DNA of 64,000 nucleotides from an uncultured Sphingomonas sp. (GCA_947085315.1 CAMTVW010000010.1:58005-122004); one strand, 5' to 3'. Positions 1-11,065 are shown, numbered from the stretch's first letter. Made by a program: numbers and translations. Notes: a model not told the origin generated them from the sequence alone.

Positions 1-115
1 AAGGGGTGGGCGGCGAGCGCAGCGAGCCTTCCGCATCTACCCCAAATGCCGACCTCGCAGCATCGAGCTGCTCGGGCGGCGGCCCACCCCCTTCCCCTCC
101 CGCAAGCGGGAGGGG
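1..115. repeat. Family D (CCCCTCCC hairpin / GGGGTGGG) paired palindromic element, left arm cut off by the window edge
   Basis: aaggggtggg at the start; right arm cccacccccttcccctcccgcaagcgggagggg at 83-115 resembles the copies at 26440, 31212, 59677 and 63578. Confidence 0.7.
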
Positions 116-128
116 TGGAGATTTTAGA

Positions 129-1499
129 ATGCGTTACCTCCCCCTCACCGATACCGACCGCGCCGCGATGCTCGCGACCATCGGCGCCGCCTCGATCGAC
201 GATCTGTTCATTGATGTGCCCGAGGCCGCGCGGCTCGCAGATCCGATTGCGGGCCTGCCGAACCATGCCTCCGAGATCGCGGTGGAGCGGCATATGGCAA
301 GGCTCGCCCGGCAGAATCTGTCGGCGGGGGAGGCGCCCTTCTTCCTCGGCTGCGGCGCGTACAAGCATCATGTCCCCGCCAGCGTCGATCATCTGATCCA
401 GCGCGGCGAGTTCCTGACCAGCTACACGCCCTATCAGCCCGAGATCGCGCAGGGCACCCTGCAGGCGCTGTTCGAATTCCAGACTCAGGTCGCGCGGCTG
501 TTCGGCTGCGACGTCGCCAATGCCTCGATGTATGACGGATCGACCGCCTGCTGGGAGGCGATCACCATGGCGCGGCGGATCACCAAGCGGGGCAGAGCGG
601 TGCTCTCGGCCGGGCTTCACCCCCATTATGTCTCGCTGGCAAAAACGATGGCGAAGTTCACCGGGGACAGCCTCGACATCGCCATTCCCGAACTGACCCC
701 GGGCGCGCCCGGCAGCGACATGGCACGGCTTCTTGATGCGATCGACGGCGACACCAGCTGCATCGTCGTCCAGAATCCCAACATCCTGGGTCATGTCGCC
801 GACCTGTCCGAACTGGCCGCGCGAGCCCATGAAAAGGGGGCGTTGCTGATCGCGGTGGTCACCGAGCCGGTCGCGCTCGGCGCGATCCGGTCGCCCGGCG
901 AGATGGGCGCCGACATCGTCGTCGGCGAGGGCCAGTCGATCGGGGTGGGGCTCAATTTCGGCGGTCCCTATGTCGGCCTGTTCGCCTGCGCCGACAAATA
1001 TGTCCGCCAGATGCCGGGGCGGCTGTGCGGGGTCACCAGCGATGCCGACGGCCAGCGCGGTTTCGTGCTGACCCTGTCGACCCGCGAGCAGCATATTCGC
1101 CGCGAGAAGGCGACCTCGAACATCTGCACCAATGCCGGGCTGTGCGCGCTCGCCTTCTCGGTCCACCTGACCCTGCTTGGCGAGACCGGCTTGCGCAACC
1201 TCGCCGATCTCAACCATGGCGGCGCGGTCGTCGCCGCCGACCGGCTCGCCAGGGTCAGCGGTGTCGAGCTGATCAATGGCCCCTTCTTCAACGAGTTCAC
1301 CCTGAAGCTCAGCAAGGAATCGCGCCCCGTCGTCCGCAGCCTCGCCGATCAGGGTATTTTGGCCGGGGTCTCGCTCGGCCGGCTTTATCCCGACGCCCCG
1401 GCGCTGGCGAACGGCCTTGTCGTCGCGGTCACCGAGACGAGCGGCGTCGAGGATGTCGAACGTCTGGCACAAGCCCTCGAAGCGGAGTTGGCGGCATGA
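129..1499 (+). CDS. gcvPA: Glycine dehydrogenase (decarboxylating) subunit 1
   Basis: MRYLPLT start; [16 protein letters not shown] and [18 protein letters not shown] motifs; the longer ORF from 6 is translated repeat DNA. Confidence 0.95.
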   Translation: MRYLPLTDTDRAAMLATIGAASIDDLFIDVPEAARLADPIAGLPNHASEIAVERHMARLARQNLSAGEAPFFLGCGAYKHHVPASVDHLIQRGEFLTSYTPYQPEIAQGTLQALFEFQTQVARLFGCDVANASMYDGSTACWEAITMARRITKRGRAVLSAGLHPHYVSLAKTMAKFTGDSLDIAIPELTPGAPGSDMARLLDAIDGDTSCIVVQNPNILGHVADLSELAARAHEKGALLIAVVTEPVALGAIRSPGEMGADIVVGEGQSIGVGLNFGGPYVGLFACADKYVRQMPGRLCGVTSDADGQRGFVLTLSTREQHIRREKATSNICTNAGLCALAFSVHLTLLGETGLRNLADLNHGGAVVAADRLARVSGVELINGPFFNEFTLKLSKESRPVVRSLADQGILAGVSLGRLYPDAPALANGLVVAVTETSGVEDVERLAQALEAELAA

Positions 1500-3064
1500 G
1501 TATGAACAGCGAAGGCCGGGTCACGCGCCCCGAAAATACCGCGTCGCAGTCGGCGCCGCCGACCTTCACCGGCAACCGCGCGCTGATGCTCGAGGAAGCA
1601 CTGATCTTCGAGCGTGACGATTATGCGCGCACCGGGGTCGATCTTCCCGCCGCGCCCGGGGTTGCCAGCCGCCTCGCCGGGCTCGAGCGCACCCGCCCGA
1701 TCGGCCTGCCCGGCCTGCCCGAGCCCGAGGCGGTGCGCCACTATACCCGCCTCAGCCGGCAGAATTACGCGATCGACCTCGGCCTCTTTCCGCTCGGCAG
1801 CTGCACGATGAAGCATAATCCGCGCCTCAACGAGAAGATGGCGCGGCTGCCCGGCTTCGCCGACATCCACCCGCTCGCCCCGGTCGATACGGTGCAGGGC
1901 GCGCTCGCGGTGATTCACGAGCTCGGCGAATGGCTCAAGACGCTGACCGGCATGGCGGGGGTCGCGATGGCGCCCAAGGCCGGCGCGCATGGCGAACTGT
2001 GCGGGCTGCTCGCGATCCGCGCCGCGCAGGAAGCACGCGGCGATGCGCGTTCGGTGATCCTCGTCCCCGAATCGGCACATGGCACCAATCCCGCGACCGC
2101 CGCCTTCTGCAACTACCGCGTCGAGAATATTCCCGCGACCGAAGACGGCCGGGTCGATCTCGCCGCGCTGGAGGCCCGGCTCGCACCCGACGTCGCCGGG
2201 GTGATGATCACCAATCCGAACACCTGCGGCCTGTTCGAACGCGACATGAAGCGCATTTCGGACGCGGTCCACGCGGCGGGCGGGCTCGTCTATTGCGACG
2301 GCGCCAATTTCAACGCGATCGTCGGCCGGGTCCGCCCCGGCGATCTTGGCATCGATGCGATGCACATCAACCTCCACAAGACCTTCTCGACCCCGCATGG
2401 CGGCGGCGGGCCGGGTTCGGGCCCGGTGGTCTTCTCCGCGGCGCTCGCGCCCTTCGCCCCGCTGCCCTTCGTCGACAAGCAAGGGGACCGGTATATCCTC
2501 GTCGAGGAGGAAACCGCCGGCGAGCATCACGGCGCGACCTTCGGGCGGATGGCGGCGTTCCACGGCCAGATGGGCATGTTCACCCGCGCGCTCACCTATA
2601 TCCTCAGCCACGGCGCCGACGGGCTGCGCCAGGTCGCCGAGGATGCGGTGCTCAACGCGAACTATGTGCTGCGCAGTCTCGACGGCCTGCTCGACGCACC
2701 GTTCGGCGGCAGCGGCCCGTGCATGCACGAGGCGCTGTTCAGCGATGCGGGGCTCGCGCCGGGCTTCACCACGCTCGACATCGCCAAGGGGCTGATCGAC
2801 GAGGGCTTTCACCCGATGACGATGTATTTCCCGCTGGTGGTCCATGGCGCGATGCTGATCGAACCGACCGAGACCGAAGGCAAGGCGACGCTCGACCAGT
2901 TCATCGGCGCGCTCCGCTCGGTCGCCGAACGGGCGAAGGCGGGCGACGACGCGCTCAAGGCCGCCCCTGCCTTCGCCCCGCGCCGCCGATTGGACGAGAC
3001 GGCGGCGGCGAGGAAGCCGGTGCTGGTGTGGAAGGACGAAATGCTGGCGCAGGCGGCGGAGTAA
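1496..3064 (+). CDS. gcvPB: Glycine dehydrogenase (decarboxylating) subunit 2
   Basis: [11 protein letters not shown] and PLP-lysine motif [18 protein letters not shown]; ATGA overlap with the gcvPA stop. Confidence 0.95.
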   Translation: MSMNSEGRVTRPENTASQSAPPTFTGNRALMLEEALIFERDDYARTGVDLPAAPGVASRLAGLERTRPIGLPGLPEPEAVRHYTRLSRQNYAIDLGLFPLGSCTMKHNPRLNEKMARLPGFADIHPLAPVDTVQGALAVIHELGEWLKTLTGMAGVAMAPKAGAHGELCGLLAIRAAQEARGDARSVILVPESAHGTNPATAAFCNYRVENIPATEDGRVDLAALEARLAPDVAGVMITNPNTCGLFERDMKRISDAVHAAGGLVYCDGANFNAIVGRVRPGDLGIDAMHINLHKTFSTPHGGGGPGSGPVVFSAALAPFAPLPFVDKQGDRYILVEEETAGEHHGATFGRMAAFHGQMGMFTRALTYILSHGADGLRQVAEDAVLNANYVLRSLDGLLDAPFGGSGPCMHEALFSDAGLAPGFTTLDIAKGLIDEGFHPMTMYFPLVVHGAMLIEPTETEGKATLDQFIGALRSVAERAKAGDDALKAAPAFAPRRRLDETAAARKPVLVWKDEMLAQAAE

Positions 3065-3073
3065 GCCTTGAAG

Positions 3074-3190
3074 ATCCTCCCTGTGAGCAGCATGGGGAGG
3101 GGGACCACCCGTAGGGTGGTGGAGGGGTAGGGGTCGCAGACCCCTCCACCGGCTCCGCCGGTTCCCCTCCCCATCTGCGATGGGGAGGAT
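3074..3190. repeat. Family C (ATCCTCCC...GGGGAGGGGGACC...GGTGGAGGGG) paired palindromic element
   Basis: Terminal inverted repeats atcctccc/gggaggat with nested hairpins; homologous to 11815, 22708 and 56855. Confidence 0.85.
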
Positions 3191-3195
3191 TTAGA

Positions 3196-3798
3196 ATGCC
3201 CGACGCCCGCCGCCACGCCCCCGCCACCGAGCGCAACCGCGAGCCGATCGCCGCGATCCTGCGCGACGTGCTGCCCGCCACCGGCACCGTCCTCGAAATC
3301 GCGAGCGGCACCGGCGAGCACGCCGTCCATTTCGCGCGCACCTTCCCCGATCTGATCTGGACCCCCAGCGATCCCGACCCCATGGCCCTCGCCTCGATCC
3401 GCGCCTGGGCCGAAGCCGCCCGCCTGCCCAATCTGCGTCCACCGCTACTGCTCGACGCCGCCGCAGCCGATTGGCCGGTCGAGCGCGCCGACGCGGTGCT
3501 GTGCATCAACATGGTCCATATCAGCCCGTGGGAGGCGACTGTCGGCCTGATGCGGGGCGCCGCCGCGCTGCCGCCGCCCGGCGGACCGCTGGTCCTCTAT
3601 GGACCCTATGTCCAGGATGGGGTCGAGACCGCCGCCAGCAACATCGCCTTCGACGCCAGCCTGCGCGCGCGTAATCCCGCCTGGGGTCTGCGGCGGCTGG
3701 AGGATGTGGTGGCGCTTGCGCAGGAGCACGGGCTGGTCCGCGACTCGGAGCAGGCCATGCCCGCGAACAACCTCATCCTGGTGCTGCGCCGCGCCTGA
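3196..3798 (+). CDS. DUF938-family SAM-dependent methyltransferase
   Basis: APATERNREPI, VLEIASGTGEH, CINMVHISPW and MPANN motifs. Confidence 0.85.
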   Translation: MPDARRHAPATERNREPIAAILRDVLPATGTVLEIASGTGEHAVHFARTFPDLIWTPSDPDPMALASIRAWAEAARLPNLRPPLLLDAAAADWPVERADAVLCINMVHISPWEATVGLMRGAAALPPPGGPLVLYGPYVQDGVETAASNIAFDASLRARNPAWGLRRLEDVVALAQEHGLVRDSEQAMPANNLILVLRRA

Positions 3799-3889
3799 CG
3801 AGCGCTTCGAGCGGCCGAATCGGGCCAGATAAGCACCACAACAGGACAATATCTTACGATTCGGCCCATCCCGTGCCGTGGCACACCGC

Positions 3890-3905
3890 TGTAGCATCTG
3901 CTACA
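3890..3905. promoter_or_regulatory. Palindromic operator TGTAGCA-TC-TGCTACA, probable TetR autoregulatory site
   Basis: Perfect 7-2-7 inverted repeat 27 bp upstream of the TetR start. Confidence 0.6.
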
Positions 3906-3932
3906 TAGGCTGCAGATCCGGGGGGATTTCAG

Positions 3933-4484
3933 ATGACCGTTACTTCGATTCGCAATGCCAAGCGCATGCGACTGACCGAGTCCTTGGCCGACATCGTGCT
4001 CGAGGATGGACTCGATGCACTTTCTCTACGCCCGGCAGCTGCACGACTCGGCACCAGCGATCGTATGCTGCTCTATTATTTCGGGAACAAGGCGGCGCTG
4101 GTCGACGATGTCCTGGCCTGTGTGTCCGAGCGCTTCGCCGACCATCTGGCGGACAGCACCCGCGGGGTGCGCATCCCGCCGCACAATATGGTCGGCCATA
4201 CCGCCCGGCTGATGGCGACCCCGCAGGCCAAGCCCTTTATCGAGCTGTGGTTCGAGATTGCGGCACGATCGGCACGCGGCGACAAACAGTTCGCGGGCGC
4301 GGCGGCGAAGATCGGCGAAGGCTGGAACGACTGGATCGAGCGCAGCGTCCATTTTCCGGCCGGCACCGCCTCGCGCAGCGCCGCAGCGATGATGCTGGCG
4401 ATCGTCAACGGGATCGCACTGCTCGAATCGACCGCCCCAGCGGTGGCAGCGGCGGCGCGCTCACGGGTGCAGGCGACCGGCTAA
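3933..4484 (+). CDS. TetR/AcrR-family transcriptional regulator
   Basis: N-terminal HTH GLDALSLRPAAARLGTSDRMLLYYFGNKAAL. Confidence 0.9.
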   Translation: MTVTSIRNAKRMRLTESLADIVLEDGLDALSLRPAAARLGTSDRMLLYYFGNKAALVDDVLACVSERFADHLADSTRGVRIPPHNMVGHTARLMATPQAKPFIELWFEIAARSARGDKQFAGAAAKIGEGWNDWIERSVHFPAGTASRSAAAMMLAIVNGIALLESTAPAVAAAARSRVQATG

Positions 4485-4496
4485 GCGCCGTGTCGG

Positions 4497-5018
4497 TCAG
4501 CTTTCGCGTCGCAGCAGCGTGATCCGCGCCTTGCCGTGGACGCGTTCGGCCTCGACCGTGAAGCCGGGCACCTCCACCGCTTCATTCTTGGCACTCTCGA
4601 TGCTCGCCCAGCCGCCGGGGGCCAGGCCGATGCCGGGCAGGATCTTCTGGCCCAGCCCGGAACCATAAGGCGGATCGATCAGCACCAGATCGAACGGGCC
4701 GCCGACAAAGCCCTCGGCCGCGACCGCGCGAACCTCGGCCGCCGCGCCCAGCTTCGCGATATTGGTCCGCAACGCCTCGATCGCGCTGCGGTCGCGCTCG
4801 ACGAAGGTGCAGTGCGCCGCCCCGCGCGACAATGCTTCAAGCCCCAGCGCGCCGGTCCCCGCGCAGATATCGGCGACCTTCAGTCCCTCCAGGCTCCCGA
4901 GCCGGCTGATCAGCATCGAGAACAACGCTTCGCGCGTGCGGTCTGCGGTGGGGCGGGTCGCATCCCCGACAGGCGCGATCAGCGGGCGGCCCCGCCAAGT
5001 TCCGGCGATGATACGCAT
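4497..5018 (-). CDS. rsmD: 16S rRNA m2G966 methyltransferase
   Basis: MRIIAGTWRGR, TRPTADRTREALF and DPPY motifs. Confidence 0.93.
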   Translation of the reverse strand: MRIIAGTWRGRPLIAPVGDATRPTADRTREALFSMLISRLGSLEGLKVADICAGTGALGLEALSRGAAHCTFVERDRSAIEALRTNIAKLGAAAEVRAVAAEGFVGGPFDLVLIDPPYGSGLGQKILPGIGLAPGGWASIESAKNEAVEVPGFTVEAERVHGKARITLLRRES

Positions 5019-5019
5019 G

Positions 5020-5892
5020 TCAGACCTGCGGTATCTTCGGCGTCTTCAGCGTCTTGCGGAACGCCACCAGCTGGTGCTGAAGAATCTCTCCCACCTCACC
5101 GGGCTGAAGTTCGCCAAGTTCGAAGGCGCCGTAAGAGATGCGGATCAGCCGCGACACTTCGAGGCCGAGATATTCGAGGACGCGGCGAACCTCGCGGTTC
5201 TTGCCTTCGCGCAGCTTCATCTCGATCCAGAAATTGGCACCCGTGCGCCGCTCCATATTTGCGTCGATCGAGCCGTAGCGAACCCCGTCGATCTCGACCC
5301 CCTCGATCAGATCCTCGAGCTGTTCCTGCGTCACATTGCCATAGGCGCGCGCGCGATAGACGCGTTCGACCCCGGTCGACGGCAGTTCGAGCTGGCGCTT
5401 GAACTCGCCATCGGTGGTGAGCAGCAGCAGCCCTTCGGTGCTGAGATCGAGCCGGCCGACCGGCATCACCCGCGGCAGGTCGCGCGGCAGCTTGTCGTAG
5501 ATGGTCGGACGGCCCTTGGGGTCGCGCTCGGTGGTCAGCAGGCCCTTGGGCTTGTGATAGAGGAACAGCCGGGTCGGCTCGGGCGCCGCGACCGGCTTGG
5601 CGTCGACGGTGACACCCTTGAGCGAGGTCAGCAGGGTCGCCGGCGTTTCGATCGCCACCCCGTCGATTGCGACTCGCCGGTCTTCGATCATCCGTTCGAT
5701 CTCGCGGCGCGAGGCGACGCCTGCGCGGGCAAGCAGTTTGGCGATGCGCTGCGGCTCCTTACCGGCCTTGGCGCCTTCGCGAGCGGGATGCGGCACCGAT
5801 GGCTTGACCGGCCGCGCGAGGCCGCGCGCCTGTCGGCGGCCGAGCTTGGGCGGCGGAATGGGGTTGCCGGGCGGTTTCTTGGGAGGACGCAT
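5020..5892 (-). CDS. RluB/RsuA-family pseudouridine synthase with S4 domain
   Basis: RIAKLLARAGVASRRE, GRLD catalytic motif, EGKNREVRR; start placed at MRPPKK because the upstream extension is repeat DNA. Confidence 0.88.
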   Translation of the reverse strand: MRPPKKPPGNPIPPPKLGRRQARGLARPVKPSVPHPAREGAKAGKEPQRIAKLLARAGVASRREIERMIEDRRVAIDGVAIETPATLLTSLKGVTVDAKPVAAPEPTRLFLYHKPKGLLTTERDPKGRPTIYDKLPRDLPRVMPVGRLDLSTEGLLLLTTDGEFKRQLELPSTGVERVYRARAYGNVTQEQLEDLIEGVEIDGVRYGSIDANMERRTGANFWIEMKLREGKNREVRRVLEYLGLEVSRLIRISYGAFELGELQPGEVGEILQHQLVAFRKTLKTPKIPQV

Positions 5893-5912
5893 CGGCGCCC
5901 TGTAACCTAAAC

Positions 5913-6005
5913 CGTCATTCCCGCGAAGGCGGGAATCCATATTCTCTGAAGCTCGAACCTCTTGCGGTTCAGAGGTTATGGATTCCCGCCTCCGCGGGAA
6001 TGACG
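5913..6005. repeat. Family B CGTC-tagged REPIN-like element
   Basis: Arm CGTC-ATTCCCGC-GAAG-GCGGGAAT-CCAT and inverted arm ATGG-ATTCCCGC-CTCC-GCGGGAAT-GACG. Confidence 0.9.
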
Positions 6006-6081
6006 GGTGCAAAGAGCCTCCGGCTCACACAGCGAGCCGATTTCGGGCAGCGAACTGCCACCGGCAGTCCGCTATTCACCC

Positions 6082-7107
6082 TCAATCCTCCAACATCAGG
6101 CTTTCGATGCAGCCGAGCCAGCCGAGACCGCGATAGGTTTCGTACCCGGGGGTCAGCGCGAAGGCGACGAGCTTGCCATCCTGGCTGTAATAGCCGCTGT
6201 CGCGCTTGTCGGTCTGGAGCGGATAGCGCTCGGTGCAGATGCCGATCCCGTCCGAGGCCGCGATGATGCGGTGGCTGGCGTCGAGCAGCATCAGCCGCGA
6301 GGTCGCGCGTTCGGCGGGCGACAGACCGATCCCGTCGAGGATCGCGGCCGCCTGCGGGGCCCAGTCGAAGAAGATGCCGAGCGCGCCGACCGCCGTGCCG
6401 CGCGTGCGGCCGCCCTCGCGGACCGCGGTCGAATAGGTGGCGACCTGCGCATCGCCCAGGGTCGGGTTGGTGGAAATGTCGCAGACCCGGAAATCGTCGC
6501 CGCTCTGCGTGCCCATCGCGGCGCGGAACCAGTCCTCCATCGCGACATTCTGGCCGATCGCGCCGGGATAGCGATCGGGCCGTCCGGTGGCGATCACCCG
6601 GCCGTTGCGGTCGGCGACCCACAGGTCGAGATAGACGGTGTAGGAACGAAGGATCGTCGCCAGCCGTTCGGTGGCATGCGCGATATTGGCGGCGCTGGGG
6701 TCCTCGAGAACCTGGGTGACCGAGCTGTCGGTGGCCCACCAGCGCACGTCGCACGAGCGTTCATAGAGGTTGCGGTCGATGATCTCGACCGCCGAGCGGG
6801 CGAGATCGGTATGGCGGGTGCCCTTGAAGTCGACGAGCATCTGGCTGCCCGCATTGCGCAGCGAAGCGATGTTCGACGCGATCGCCGAACGCAGTTCGCC
6901 GCCGATCCCCGAAATCGCGCCGGCAAGCTGGCCCAGCTCCTGCGCGACCACGGAAAAGGCCCGGCCCGCGTCGCCGGCACGCGCCGCCTCAAGCCGTGCG
7001 TTGATCGCCAGCATGCCGGTCTGCTTCATCACCCGGTCGATCCGGTCGACCTTCTCTTCGGTAATGCGCGAGACCTCATAGGCCAGGCGCAATATGTCGT
7101 CCTGCAT
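6082..7107 (-). CDS. Soluble chemotaxis-related protein: N-terminal MCP signalling hairpin plus C-terminal Cache-like domain
   Basis: QTGMLAINARLEAARAGDAGRAFSVVAQE near the N terminus; YLDLWVADRNGRVIA Cache-like strand; no transmembrane segment evident. Confidence 0.75.
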   Translation of the reverse strand: MQDDILRLAYEVSRITEEKVDRIDRVMKQTGMLAINARLEAARAGDAGRAFSVVAQELGQLAGAISGIGGELRSAIASNIASLRNAGSQMLVDFKGTRHTDLARSAVEIIDRNLYERSCDVRWWATDSSVTQVLEDPSAANIAHATERLATILRSYTVYLDLWVADRNGRVIATGRPDRYPGAIGQNVAMEDWFRAAMGTQSGDDFRVCDISTNPTLGDAQVATYSTAVREGGRTRGTAVGALGIFFDWAPQAAAILDGIGLSPAERATSRLMLLDASHRIIAASDGIGICTERYPLQTDKRDSGYYSQDGKLVAFALTPGYETYRGLGWLGCIESLMLED

Positions 7108-7280
7108 GCGTGGTCTCCCGTTTCGACCTCGTTTGCGGCACCCTCGACATCTTGCTGATGGCTTTTGGTTGCTCTTTCAGAGAAGGGTATTTCGCCGGAA
7201 ATGATGAATAATCGGTAACCGTAATCGCCGAATTCGACGAAAAGCCGCCATTCGCTGCATCGCACTATGGAGATTCGCGC

Positions 7281-8783
7281 ATGAACGACGTCCAGGCCGC
7301 CCGCGCGGCGATCCTAAAGGCGCCGGCCACGCCCCTGGCGGAGCTGTTCACCAATGAACCCGACCGGCTCTCGCGCCTGTCGTTCGACGAGTCGGGGCTG
7401 CTGTTCGACTTCTCCAAAACGCATCTTTCGGCGGAGCTGATCGCCGCCTTCATCCGGCTCGCCGAAGCGAGCGATTTCACCGGGCGCCGCGACGCGCTGT
7501 TCGCCGGCGAGCCGGTCAACTCCAGCGAGGGCCGCGCCGCCGAGCATCCCGCCGAACGTGGCCATGGCTCGCCCGACAGCGTCGCGCGAGCGAGGGGTTT
7601 CCACATGCGGATGCGCGGCATGATCGATGCGATCGAAGCCGAGGCGTTCGGCCCGATCCGCCACATCCTCCATGTCGGCATCGGCGGGTCGGCGCTGGGA
7701 CCGCATCTGCTGATCGACGCGCTCGGCCGCGAATCGGATCGCTACGAGGTCGCCGTGGTCTCGAATGTCGATGGCGCCGCGCTCGACGAGGTGTTCAAGC
7801 GCTTCGACCCGCAGGCGACCCTGCTCGTCATGGCGTCGAAAACCTTCACCACCACCGAGACGCTGCTGAACGCGCGCAGCGTACTGACCTGGATGGAGGA
7901 GGATAATGTCGACGATCCCTATTCGCGGGTGATCGCGCTCACCGCAGCACCCGACAAGGCGGTCGAATGGGGGGTCGACGAAACCCGCATCCTGCCCTTT
8001 TCGGAAAGCGTCGGCGGCCGCTACTCGCTCTGGTCGTCGATCGGCTTTCCGGCCGCGCTCGCGCTTGGCTGGGATGCGTTCGAAAATCTGCTTGAAGGTG
8101 CTGCGGCCATGGACCGCCATTTCCGGCTGGCCGCGCCCGCGCAGAACCTGCCGTTGCTCGCCGCCTTCATCGATCAATATTATTCGATGGTCCGCAAGGC
8201 CGAGACCCGCGCGGTCTTTGCCTATGACGAGCGGCTGCGGCTGCTGCCCGCCTATCTCCAGCAGCTGGAGATGGAGTCGAACGGCAAGAGCGTGAAGGCC
8301 GACGGCTCACCGGTCGACGGGCCGACCGCACCGATCACCTGGGGCGGGGTCGGCACCGATGCCCAGCACGCGGTGTTCCAGCTGCTCCATCAGGGGACGC
8401 GGCTCGTGCCGGTCGAGTTCGTCGCCGCGATCGAGCCCGATCACCTGCTCGACGACGCGCATCACCGCGCGCTGCTGATCAACTGCTTCGCACAGGGCGC
8501 GGCGCTGATGGCGGGCAAGGACAATGAAGATCCCGCGCGCGCCTATGCCGGCGACCGCCCGTCGACGACGATCCTGCTCGACCGGGTCGATCCATCGCGG
8601 CTCGGCGCGCTACTCGCCTTTTACGAGCACCGCACCTTCGCGAACGCGGTGCTGATGGGGATCAACCCCTTCGACCAGTTCGGCGTCGAGCTGGGCAAGG
8701 AGATCGCGAAATCGATCGAAAGCGAAGGCACCGTTCGCTTCGATCCTTCGACGAGAGCGCTGATCGCCCGGGCGCTGGGATAG
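7281..8783 (+). CDS. pgi: Glucose-6-phosphate isomerase
   Basis: GIGGSALGP, SKTFTTTET, VGGRYSLWS, QQLEMESNGK and FDQFGVELGK motifs. Confidence 0.97.
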   Translation: MNDVQAARAAILKAPATPLAELFTNEPDRLSRLSFDESGLLFDFSKTHLSAELIAAFIRLAEASDFTGRRDALFAGEPVNSSEGRAAEHPAERGHGSPDSVARARGFHMRMRGMIDAIEAEAFGPIRHILHVGIGGSALGPHLLIDALGRESDRYEVAVVSNVDGAALDEVFKRFDPQATLLVMASKTFTTTETLLNARSVLTWMEEDNVDDPYSRVIALTAAPDKAVEWGVDETRILPFSESVGGRYSLWSSIGFPAALALGWDAFENLLEGAAAMDRHFRLAAPAQNLPLLAAFIDQYYSMVRKAETRAVFAYDERLRLLPAYLQQLEMESNGKSVKADGSPVDGPTAPITWGGVGTDAQHAVFQLLHQGTRLVPVEFVAAIEPDHLLDDAHHRALLINCFAQGAALMAGKDNEDPARAYAGDRPSTTILLDRVDPSRLGALLAFYEHRTFANAVLMGINPFDQFGVELGKEIAKSIESEGTVRFDPSTRALIARALG

Positions 8784-8787
8784 TCTA

Positions 8788-8814
8788 AGCTCCTCCCCGG
8801 GACGGGGAGGAGCT
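8788..8814 (+). terminator. Hairpin after pgi resembling a lone family C arm
   Basis: AGCTCCTCCCC-gggac-GGGGAGGAGCT, 4 nt after the stop; no U-tract. Confidence 0.45.
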
Positions 8815-8916
8815 GGAAGATCACCCTCTCGATCAGTCTGATCATGACGATCGGTTTGCGCGATCGCCGCGCGCCCCCCATATGCGCCGCACGGGTTTCA
8901 CGGAGGACCATGGCCA

Positions 8917-10263
8917 ATGGCCGATTTCGATTATGATCTGTTCGTCATCGGCGCGGGTTCGGGCGGGGTACGCGCGTCGCGGGTCGCCGCGGCCTACGGC
9001 GCGCGGGTCGCGGTTGCCGAGGAGCACCGGATCGGCGGCACCTGCGTGATTCGCGGCTGCGTGCCGAAGAAGATGCTCGTCTACGGATCGCATTTCGCCG
9101 AGGATCTGCATGATGCCGCGCGCTACGGATGGACGCTGGGCGAGACGAGCTTCGACTGGAAGGTGCTGCGCGACAATGTGAACGACGATGTCGACCGGAT
9201 CGAGGGCCTCTATACGAACACGCTCGACAACAACAAGGTCGAGATCTTCCGGGAACGCGCGACCCTTTCGGGCCCCAATGCGGTCACCCTCGCCAGCGGT
9301 CGCACCGTCACCGCCAAGTTCATCCTGATCGCGACCGGCGCCTGGCCGGTAGTGCCCGACGTCCCCGGCGCCGAGCTCGGCATCACCTCGAACGAAGTCT
9401 TCTATATCGACGATTTTCCCAAGCGCGTGGTGATCGCGGGCGCGGGCTATATCGCCAATGAGTTCGCCGGCATCTTCCACGCGCTGGGATCGAAGGTGAC
9501 CGTGGTCAACCGCTCTGATCAGATCCTGCGCGGCTATGACGAGCAGATCCGCGACCGGCTGTTTCAGATCTCGACCCAGAAGGGGATCGAGTTCATCTTC
9601 AATGCGAGCTTCGAGAAGATCGAGAAGAATGATGACGGTTCGCTTTGTGTCCATTTCAAGGACCATGAGAAGTGCGATACCGACCTGCTGCTCTACGCGA
9701 TCGGCCGCAGCCCGAAGATCGAGGGGCTCGGGCTCGACAAGGCCGGGGTCGAGGTCAACGAAAAGGGCGCGATCATCGTCGACGAGGATAACCGCTCGTC
9801 GGTGCCGTCGATCTACGCGGTCGGCGACGTCACCGACCGGGTACAGCTGACCCCGGTCGCGATTCGCGAGGGACAGGCGTTCGCCGACACCGTGTTCGGC
9901 AACAAGCCGCACCGCGTCGATTATGCCAATATCCCCAGCGCGGTGTTCAGCAATCCGCCGATGGCCGGAGTCGGCCTGACCGAGCGTCAGGCACGCGAGC
10001 AATTTGGTGCGCCGAAGATCTTCACCTCGGACTTCCGCCCGATGCGCAACGTGCTGGCGGGCAAGGCCGAACGCTCGCTTTACAAGCTGGTCGTCCACCC
10101 CGAGACCGACGTGGTGCTGGGGATCCACATGATCAGCCCCGACGCCCCCGAAATCCTCCAGGCCGCCGCGATCGCGGTGAAGGCGGGGCTCACCAAGGCG
10201 CAGTTCGACGATACCGTCGCGCTGCACCCGTCGATGGCCGAAGAACTGGTGCTGATGAAGTGA
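8917..10263 (+). CDS. gor: Glutathione-disulfide reductase
   Basis: GAGSGG, GGTCVIRGCVPKK redox disulfide, C-terminal HPSMAEE. Confidence 0.95.
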   Translation: MADFDYDLFVIGAGSGGVRASRVAAAYGARVAVAEEHRIGGTCVIRGCVPKKMLVYGSHFAEDLHDAARYGWTLGETSFDWKVLRDNVNDDVDRIEGLYTNTLDNNKVEIFRERATLSGPNAVTLASGRTVTAKFILIATGAWPVVPDVPGAELGITSNEVFYIDDFPKRVVIAGAGYIANEFAGIFHALGSKVTVVNRSDQILRGYDEQIRDRLFQISTQKGIEFIFNASFEKIEKNDDGSLCVHFKDHEKCDTDLLLYAIGRSPKIEGLGLDKAGVEVNEKGAIIVDEDNRSSVPSIYAVGDVTDRVQLTPVAIREGQAFADTVFGNKPHRVDYANIPSAVFSNPPMAGVGLTERQAREQFGAPKIFTSDFRPMRNVLAGKAERSLYKLVVHPETDVVLGIHMISPDAPEILQAAAIAVKAGLTKAQFDDTVALHPSMAEELVLMK

Positions 10264-10277
10264 CCACCACCGCTCAG

Positions 10278-10305
10278 ATCCTCCCCGTGCCGGGGAGGAT
10301 TTTTT
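10278..10305 (+). terminator. Intrinsic terminator-like hairpin between convergent gor and hisF, resembling a family C arm
   Basis: ATCCTCCCCG-tgc-CGGGGAGGAT followed by a T run. Confidence 0.65.
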
Positions 10306-11065
10306 AGGAGCGAACCGGCAGCCCCGCCGCCTTCAGCGCGGCGTGCGCCTCGGCGACACTATGATGGCCGAAATGGAAGATCGAGGCCGCGAGCACCGCG
10401 CTAGCGCCGCCCTTCAACACCCCATCGACAAGATGGTCGAGATTGCCGACCCCGCCGCTCGCGATCACCGGCACCGAGACCGCATCGGACACCGCGCGGG
10501 TGAGCGCGAGGTCATAGCCGTCCCGCGTGCCATCGCGGTCCATCGATGTCAGCAGGATTTCCCCGGCGCCGAGCGAGGCAAGCCGCTTCGCATGTTCGAC
10601 CGCGTCGATCCCGGACGGTTTGCGGCCGCCATGGGTGTAGATCTCCCATCTGCCGGGCCCGACATTACGCGCATCGACCGCGCCGACTACACATTGTGCA
10701 CCGAATCGTTCGGCCATCTCGGCGCACAGCTCGGGCCGCGCCACCGCCGCCGAATTGACCGCGACCTTGTCCGCCCCCGCGAGCAGCAGCGCGCGCGCAT
10801 CTTCCGGCGTGCGCACCCCGCCGCCGACGGTCAGCGGCATGAAGCACACAGCCGCGGTCCGCGCGACCACGTCGAGGATCGTACCGCGCCCCTCATGGCT
10901 GGCGGTGATGTCGAGGAAGCAGAGCTCATCGGCGCCCGCGAGGTCATAGACCCGCGCCTGTTCGACCGGATCGCCCGCATCGGCGAGATCGACGAAATTG
11001 ACGCCCTTGACCACCCGTCCGCCCGCGACGTCGAGACAGGGGATGACGCGCACGCGCACCGTCAT
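10304..11065 (-). CDS. hisF: Imidazole glycerol phosphate synthase cyclase subunit
   Basis: [17 protein letters not shown] and [10 protein letters not shown] motifs. Confidence 0.97.
   Translation of the reverse strand: MTVRVRVIPCLDVAGGRVVKGVNFVDLADAGDPVEQARVYDLAGADELCFLDITASHEGRGTILDVVARTAAVCFMPLTVGGGVRTPEDARALLLAGADKVAVNSAAVARPELCAEMAERFGAQCVVGAVDARNVGPGRWEIYTHGGRKPSGIDAVEHAKRLASLGAGEILLTSMDRDGTRDGYDLALTRAVSDAVSVPVIASGGVGNLDHLVDGVLKGGASAVLAASIFHFGHHSVAEAHAALKAAGLPVRS

Noticed and set aside
1-128. Glycine riboswitch upstream of gcvPA
   Set aside because: The sequence matches the family D repeat, and no glycine aptamer motifs were seen.
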